NCBI GenBank assembly: GCA_963701855.1
Contig: CAVPBK010000009.1
Coordinates: forward strand, 96,001 to 160,000
Length of the DNA: 64,000 nt
Origin: Nitrospirota bacterium
Lineage (GTDB): Bacteria; Nitrospirota; Nitrospiria; Nitrospirales; Nitrospiraceae
Direction of reading: 5' to 3'
The position numbers and the translations under genes are program-made. Under the pieces are notes generated by a model. That model made no database searches, had not been told where the DNA came from, and was given only the letters and a program-made list of their open reading frames with translations. Shown piece after piece: positions 58,744 to 64,000 of the stretch (its first letter is position 1; each line of letters starts with the position of its first letter).

Positions 58744-59779
58744 GGCGGCCTCGTTTCTGTAAAGTCTCTCCAAGTCGCAGCAACTGCTGGTCCAGTGAGG
58801 CATCAACCAGTCGATTCGTTGATTGCACGACACAGCTTCCGCGCGAGAGAGACGAATCGCCTTCGATATGCATTGTAAAAGCCGGTGGCCGATCGCGGCA
58901 CAACTCTACACGAGCCGCCTCCAGGACGGGGGCGTCGGACGGATGCGTTCGCACAGTGACGATACCCGCCTCGCGAACCGTCGCTAAGGCCGACTTCAGC
59001 AATGCAGTCACGGCATCCTGTCGTTCGATAATTGTATCGCGCAGAATGCGCGTCGCCAGGCTGAAGGCCAGCGCCGTCACGTCATCTTCGACGGTCTGAT
59101 GCAGCGATGCCCGTGTGTCATCAAGGCGACGAACTGCGTCGGCCAAGAGCATCTGCTCCTGTTGTCTGGTAGCCACGACTCGCGCGTCTGCTCGTCGTTC
59201 ACCCTCTGCAATACCTTGATCGTAGTCCGAAAGACCCTGGTCGCCGACAAATCGATCGCCGGTGCCGAAATCCGTCAACGCTAAACTGCGGCAGCGAATG
59301 CCTGAGGCACGAATCACCGCCTGCTTAAGAACTGTATTCTCTGAGCGCAGGTGATACAGGTCGAGGAGGCGATTCACGGTCAGCTGCAGTGCCTCGGTTT
59401 CGAATGGCTTCATCAGAAACTCCGCCGCTCCTGCCTTCATCGCCTGAACCGCGAGATCCACGGTGCCATATCCGGTCATTACCAGCCCCATCAGGCGGTG
59501 ATCAAGCTCACAGGCCTGCTGGAGCAGCGCGATACCGTCTTGGTCCGGCAATTTGACGTCGGTGATCAGAAGCGAGACGGGAGACTCTTTTAATGCCGCA
59601 TAGGCTTCCCGTGCGGACCCAACCGCGCGCACACGATGCCCTGCCTGTTGCAGCAGCTTCATTAAGAGTTCTCGAATCGCCTCCTCATCGTCGACGACTA
59701 AGATTGAACTATTTCGTCGCCCGTTTGAGCTGAGGGATGGCTGGGTGAGTATCGACTGACCGTTCGCAGCCCGTTCCAT
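58721..59779 (-). CDS. fliH: Response-regulator receiver domain fused to FliH
   Basis: N-terminal ILVVDDE..LLITDVKLP..MTGY..KPF; C-terminal YDQGIAEG (GxxxG), VRTHPSD, LSRGSCVV..VDAS; between fliG and fliI. Confidence 0.9.
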   Translation of the reverse strand: MERAANGQSILTQPSLSSNGRRNSSILVVDDEEAIRELLMKLLQQAGHRVRAVGSAREAYAALKESPVSLLITDVKLPDQDGIALLQQACELDHRLMGLVMTGYGTVDLAVQAMKAGAAEFLMKPFETEALQLTVNRLLDLYHLRSENTVLKQAVIRASGIRCRSLALTDFGTGDRFVGDQGLSDYDQGIAEGERRADARVVATRQQEQMLLADAVRRLDDTRASLHQTVEDDVTALAFSLATRILRDTIIERQDAVTALLKSALATVREAGIVTVRTHPSDAPVLEAARVELCRDRPPAFTMHIEGDSSLSRGSCVVQSTNRLVDASLDQQLLRLGETLQKRGRRESRRPY

Positions 59780-60778
59780 TTACAACATCGCCTCCTCTCC
59801 ACCAGCGCCGGCGATGACAATGCGCCCTTCCTCTTCAAGTTTCCGGCAAACTTTGAGTATATTCTGCTGCGCCTTCTCAACATCCGACACCTTCATCGGT
59901 CCCCTTGCCTCCATGTCGTCTTTCAGCATCTCCGACGCCCGGCTCGACATGTTTTTCAGAAACTTCTCCTTGGTTTCCGGACTCGCTCCACGCAACGCCA
60001 CAGGAAGATCCTCTTTACTGACCTCTTTCAGCAACTCTTGCATGCCACGGTCATCGAGCTTAATCAGATCGTCGAAGACGAACATCAACTCTCGGATCGT
60101 ATCGGCCAATTGCGGATTGCGTTCGGCGATTTTCGACATGATGCCCCCCTCCGTGGCTTTGTCGAGGGTCGTAAGAATATCGGCGATCGATTCAGCACCT
60201 CCGACACTTGTCGCACGAGTGCCGGCACTCGCGATGAGTGAACTCTGCAACGCGTCGCTGAGTTCCTCGAGCACGCTCGGCTGCAAGGTCTCCATTGTGG
60301 CAAGGCGCAAGGCCACATCCACGCGGAGGGCTTCGGGCAAGTCGACCATGACGACGCCGGCCTGATCCGGATCCATATGCGCAAGGATCACGGAGATTGT
60401 CTGGGGATGCTCAGTTTTGATCATCTGTGAAACGGTTTTTGCATCGACCCATTTCATCGCATCGAGCCCCGGATACACCTTGCTGGTCATGGACTCAAGC
60501 ATACGATTTGCTTTTTCAGGGCCAAGTGCCTTGGACAGAATGGTTTTAATGTAGTCACTTCCATGAAACGTCACGTCACCACTTGCACTTGCCTTCTCAA
60601 ATTCATCGATAACGATCGATTCCTCTTCCCTGGTGATATTCGCCGTCGTATTCATAAACGCACCCAATCGACGAATCTCCTTAGGATCAAGGTTCTTCAT
60701 CACCGACGCAGCGGCGTCCTCCCCGATCGCTTTCAGGAGAATGGCTGCCTTTTGCTCGCCGCTGAGTTGCGTGGCCAT
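59780..60778 (-). CDS. fliG: Motor switch protein FliG
   Basis: KAAILL, EHPQT, MFVFDDL, NMSSRA. Confidence 0.97.
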   Translation of the reverse strand: MATQLSGEQKAAILLKAIGEDAAASVMKNLDPKEIRRLGAFMNTTANITREEESIVIDEFEKASASGDVTFHGSDYIKTILSKALGPEKANRMLESMTSKVYPGLDAMKWVDAKTVSQMIKTEHPQTISVILAHMDPDQAGVVMVDLPEALRVDVALRLATMETLQPSVLEELSDALQSSLIASAGTRATSVGGAESIADILTTLDKATEGGIMSKIAERNPQLADTIRELMFVFDDLIKLDDRGMQELLKEVSKEDLPVALRGASPETKEKFLKNMSSRASEMLKDDMEARGPMKVSDVEKAQQNILKVCRKLEEEGRIVIAGAGGEEAML

Positions 60779-60794
60779 CGCTACATGTGCCTCA

Positions 60795-62351
60795 CTAGCT
60801 GGTCTTCAACCATTGCTTGACGACCAGCGCCGTGTTATCAGGATTGCCTCGAGCCATGTCGACGATCTGTGAGCGGGGCTTTCCCGTCAAGGATGCTTCG
60901 ACCTGGCTGACCGAAGCGGGAAGCGGCGGCGTAGAGCCTTCAGCCGATGACCCAGCCGTCCCCAGCATTGCCATCAAGGGACGCACCACCATGAAGAGGA
61001 TCAGGAGAAAGAGGCCTCCTCCAACCCCGTATCGAATGTAGGGGGTGAAGGAACTGGCCGTCTCTGCCGCAGCCTCAACACCTTGCCCAGAAGGCTCTTC
61101 CGTTGCAATGTCGAATTGTACGTTGGTGACCTGTACTTGATCCTGCCGCTCTGCCGAATAACCCATGGCTTTTTTGACGATCTCTTCGATGCGCTTCATG
61201 TCTTCTTCCGGTCGCGCCGTATACTTCTTCGCCGTATCGCTTGCGGCCTTCCCTGCTTCGGACGGCGCAGCCGTTTCGTAGATGCCGTCCACCAGCACCG
61301 CTACGGAAAGTTGCTTGATGCTTCCGCTGGACTCCACGACTCGGGAAACCGTCCGGCTGATTTCGTAATTCACGGTTTCGTTCTTCGTCTGATTGTTGTT
61401 CGAACTCGTTTGAACCGGCTCCTGGCCTGCCCCCTCCGGGAGATTCGATTGGACGCCAGGTACGCCACCAGATGATACACCGTTGACCCCATTGGCCTTT
61501 TCCTGGCCGCGCTGTTCACTCCGAACGACTTGACTGTTCGGATCGTACCGCTCTTCCGTTGTTTCCACTTTGCGGAAGTCGAGAATGCTGGATACCCGCA
61601 CCACGGCTTTATTTGCTCCGACGATTCGTTCCAACATTGTTTGAATGCGCGTCTCGATATCCTTTTCAACCGTCCGCTGGTATTCCAGCTGCGACCCGGT
61701 GAGCCCCGTGGCGTCGTCGCCCCCAGCTGCCGATGAAAGGAGCCGTCCATGCCCATCCACCACGGTGACATCTTTGACTTGCAGGCCCTCGACGCTGCTC
61801 GATACGAGGTGAACGATCCCATTCACTTGTGTCTTGGCAAGCGCTTGTCCATTCCGCAATGACAGGACGACCGAGGCTCGCGCCCTATTCTCATCGTTGG
61901 AAAACAATCGCCGTTCCGGTGTGGCGAGATGGACGCGGGCTCGCTCTATCTCCGGCATTTGCGCAATGGTCCGTGCCAGCTCTCCTTGTAACGCACGACG
62001 ATAATTGAGTTTTTGGACAAAATCGGACATGCCGATCGATGATCGATCGAAAATTTCAAAACCTACTCCGCCCCCATGAGGAAGCCCCTGGGTGGCCAAC
62101 TGCAATCGCATCTCATGGACTTGGGCACTGGGAACAAGAATGGTGTTGCCGCCGCCGGTCGTCTCATACGGCACTTTCGTCTCTTTCAGTTTATCCACAA
62201 TCCCTGCCGCATCCTCCGGATTGAGATTTGTGAACAGGACCTGCATATCGGGTTGTTGCGTCCACAGGGCGATAGCGATGAGACCAGCAATAGAGCCTGC
62301 AAGCGCAACCAGAACGATCATGCGTTGATTGATGGAAAACTTAGACAGCAT
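60795..62351 (-). CDS. fliF: MS-ring protein FliF
   Basis: GFEIFD, RALQGELARTI, ARVHL, two TM helices. Confidence 0.97.
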   Translation of the reverse strand: MLSKFSINQRMIVLVALAGSIAGLIAIALWTQQPDMQVLFTNLNPEDAAGIVDKLKETKVPYETTGGGNTILVPSAQVHEMRLQLATQGLPHGGGVGFEIFDRSSIGMSDFVQKLNYRRALQGELARTIAQMPEIERARVHLATPERRLFSNDENRARASVVLSLRNGQALAKTQVNGIVHLVSSSVEGLQVKDVTVVDGHGRLLSSAAGGDDATGLTGSQLEYQRTVEKDIETRIQTMLERIVGANKAVVRVSSILDFRKVETTEERYDPNSQVVRSEQRGQEKANGVNGVSSGGVPGVQSNLPEGAGQEPVQTSSNNNQTKNETVNYEISRTVSRVVESSGSIKQLSVAVLVDGIYETAAPSEAGKAASDTAKKYTARPEEDMKRIEEIVKKAMGYSAERQDQVQVTNVQFDIATEEPSGQGVEAAAETASSFTPYIRYGVGGGLFLLILFMVVRPLMAMLGTAGSSAEGSTPPLPASVSQVEASLTGKPRSQIVDMARGNPDNTALVVKQWLKTS

Positions 62352-62503
62352 GGGTGATCTTGCTCCTAGCTAACCGACATGGACTTGTCCCGGTATTTCA
62401 TGCTGCAAAATTCTTGTCTCTAGATTCACGTTTTTACTTCTTCGCTTTAAATTGCTGAAACTCCAAGGTTGAAGCTGAAGCACGAACCAGTAACTCCACT
62501 CCC

Positions 62504-62628
62504 GCAGGATGCTCAAAAAGACCGTCCAGCACGACCGAAGCGAGTGAAGGTCCGAGGCGTACCCTTGTGGTACGTTGAGAGTCTGAACGATGCGAGAACG
62601 CCGCTGGCGTGATTTTTCAGCATCCTGC
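62504..62628. mobile_element. 125 bp MITE/REP-like element abutting the fliE stop codon
   Basis: GCAGGATGCTCAAAAA...TTTTTCAGCATCCTGC. Confidence 0.85.
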
Positions 62629-62933
62629 TAAATCTGCATCCGCTGAATTTCTTCATAGGCAGACACCAGTTTGTTCCTGATTTGCATCATCAGCTGGAAG
62701 GACACATCGGCTTCCTGTAAGGCCACCATCGTCTGATGGATATTCTGTGTCTGGCCTGTCATCAGCGCCTCGGTCGCCTGGCTCGCTTCCAGCTGGATGT
62801 CGTTGGCTTTTCCGATCGCTTGTTGCAGCGAATTCATAAATCCGCTCGATGCAACGCTCCCGGCCCCATGAGAAGCGGCGGCATTCTCCACCAGAGACAC
62901 TGTTGGCATGGTGATCGCTCTGATCTGATCCAC
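62628..62933 (-). CDS. fliE: Hook-basal body protein FliE
   Basis: IRNKLVSAYEEIQRMQI. Confidence 0.95.
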   Translation of the reverse strand: MDQIRAITMPTVSLVENAAASHGAGSVASSGFMNSLQQAIGKANDIQLEASQATEALMTGQTQNIHQTMVALQEADVSFQLMMQIRNKLVSAYEEIQRMQI

Positions 62934-62935
62934 GA

Positions 62936-63385
62936 CTACCTCCCGATCTCCAGCGCCTTATTCCACATGGCGCGGGTTGCGTTAATCGCTTGCACGTTGG
63001 CTTCGTAAGAGCGGGACGCCCCGATCATATTCACCATTTCTTCCATGACGTTGATGTTCGGCATCTTGACGAATCCTTTTTTGTCGGCGTCCGGATGACG
63101 CGGATCGTAGACTACCTGCCCGGGCCTTCTATCTTCCTGCACGCGCAACACCTTGACGCCATCGAGCGCGTGAGCCCCTGGCCCCGTCGACACCTGACGA
63201 AACGTCCGTTGAAATGGGCTGGCGACCGGCGTGGATTGAAACACCACGTCCCGGCGCTTGTACGGACCGCCACCGGGCGTATGCGTGGACTGTGCATTCG
63301 CCAGATTGCTGGAAATCACATTGAGCCGTTGACGTTGCGCATCAAGCGCAGTCACAGACACTGCCATGCTGTCGGTCATGTCCAT
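62936..63385 (-). CDS. flgC: Rod protein FlgC
   Basis: SNLANA, PYKRR, YDPRHPDA, SRSYEAN. Confidence 0.96.
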   Translation of the reverse strand: MDMTDSMAVSVTALDAQRQRLNVISSNLANAQSTHTPGGGPYKRRDVVFQSTPVASPFQRTFRQVSTGPGAHALDGVKVLRVQEDRRPGQVVYDPRHPDADKKGFVKMPNINVMEEMVNMIGASRSYEANVQAINATRAMWNKALEIGR

Positions 63386-63481
63386 AAAAGCCTCCTTGAA
63401 AGAAGGTTGATGTTAAGGCCACGGTTACGATAAAGACGAGAACGGCTCTCGCTCAGCCTCGACTTAGCCTGAGCCTGGTTG

Positions 63482-63889
63482 TTATCGCGCATCGCGAATT
63501 GCGCCCATCAGCTGCCGAAATCGGATCGCCATAATCGACGCAGCACTGTTGTACTGCATGGCGTTATCCGACATTTTTGCCATCTCCAGCTCGATATTGA
63601 CCGAGTTGGCATCTAAGGGTATATCCCCTGCAGGCACGGGACCGAGCGTTCCCATCACCCTCTGAAACGAGTTTCCGCGTGGACCGATGTGCTGCCCCTG
63701 AGTCACCGCAAGGGTGACAAGACCTCTCCCTCGATGTGCCGCCTGCAAAGAATCTTGAAAACTCAGATCGACGGCTCGATAGCCTGGCGTTTCTTCGTTC
63801 GCGATGTTCGAAGCAATCACCCGCTGTCTGGCTTGTCGCATATCCAGCGTGCGATGGAGTAAATGCATGGTGCGATCAAATATCGTCAT
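63482..63889 (-). CDS. flgB: Rod protein FlgB
   Basis: SNIANEETPGY, DANSVNIELEM. Confidence 0.96.
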   Translation of the reverse strand: MTIFDRTMHLLHRTLDMRQARQRVIASNIANEETPGYRAVDLSFQDSLQAAHRGRGLVTLAVTQGQHIGPRGNSFQRVMGTLGPVPAGDIPLDANSVNIELEMAKMSDNAMQYNSAASIMAIRFRQLMGAIRDAR

Positions 63890-63926
63890 GAGGCTCCTCC
63901 TATGGTTTCTCGCCCGTCAATACCAG

Positions 63927-63942
63927 TGCAATCGTAATGCCA
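63927..63942 (-). promoter_or_regulatory. Sigma54 promoter of the flgB operon
   Basis: TGGCATTACGATTGCA (GG-N10-GC). Confidence 0.8.
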
Positions 63943-64000
63943 TTGCCGGCATGCACAGAGCGGTGGTCTCGAGAAAGCCCGCCGAAGTCCTTGTGCGACT

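Noticed and set aside
1..64000. tRNA, rRNA, transposase or defence genes
   Set aside because: None recognised by eye in either strand or in the ORF track

Overview
This window is one near-complete flagellar gene cluster, mostly on the - strand, probably from a Nitrospira-like (Nitrospirota) bacterium; the taxonomy is my impression from the proteins and repeats, not a database result. From the window end to the start it runs: flgBC-fliEFG-[REC-fliH]-fliIJ-motE-like, fliK-flgDE, fliLMNOPQR-flhBAFG-fliA, a degenerate GGDEF gene, flgFGAHIJMNKL, csrA-fliW, a divergent c-di-GMP/two-component block (two HD-GYP, PilZ brake, hybrid kinase), a ~14 kb glycosylation island, fliC-flaG-fliDS-fliT-like, diguanylate cyclase-PilZ, a decayed chemoreceptor, a small HTH gene, and cheY-cheZ-motA-motB (partial). 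Five sigma54-type and seven sigma28-type promoter motifs, plus CsrA-type sites, can be read directly from the DNA. The most unusual features are: (1) FliH fused to an intact-looking phospho-receiver domain; (2) several families of 6/7/9-bp-periodic imperfect palindromes at gene junctions that nest inside each other and in one case bracket an AT-rich cargo gene; (3) a ~125 bp MITE-like element in two sigma54 leaders and against two stop codons; (4) very large multi-domain glycosyl/methyltransferase fusions; (5) a 3x150 bp in-frame tandem expansion in an HD-GYP protein.
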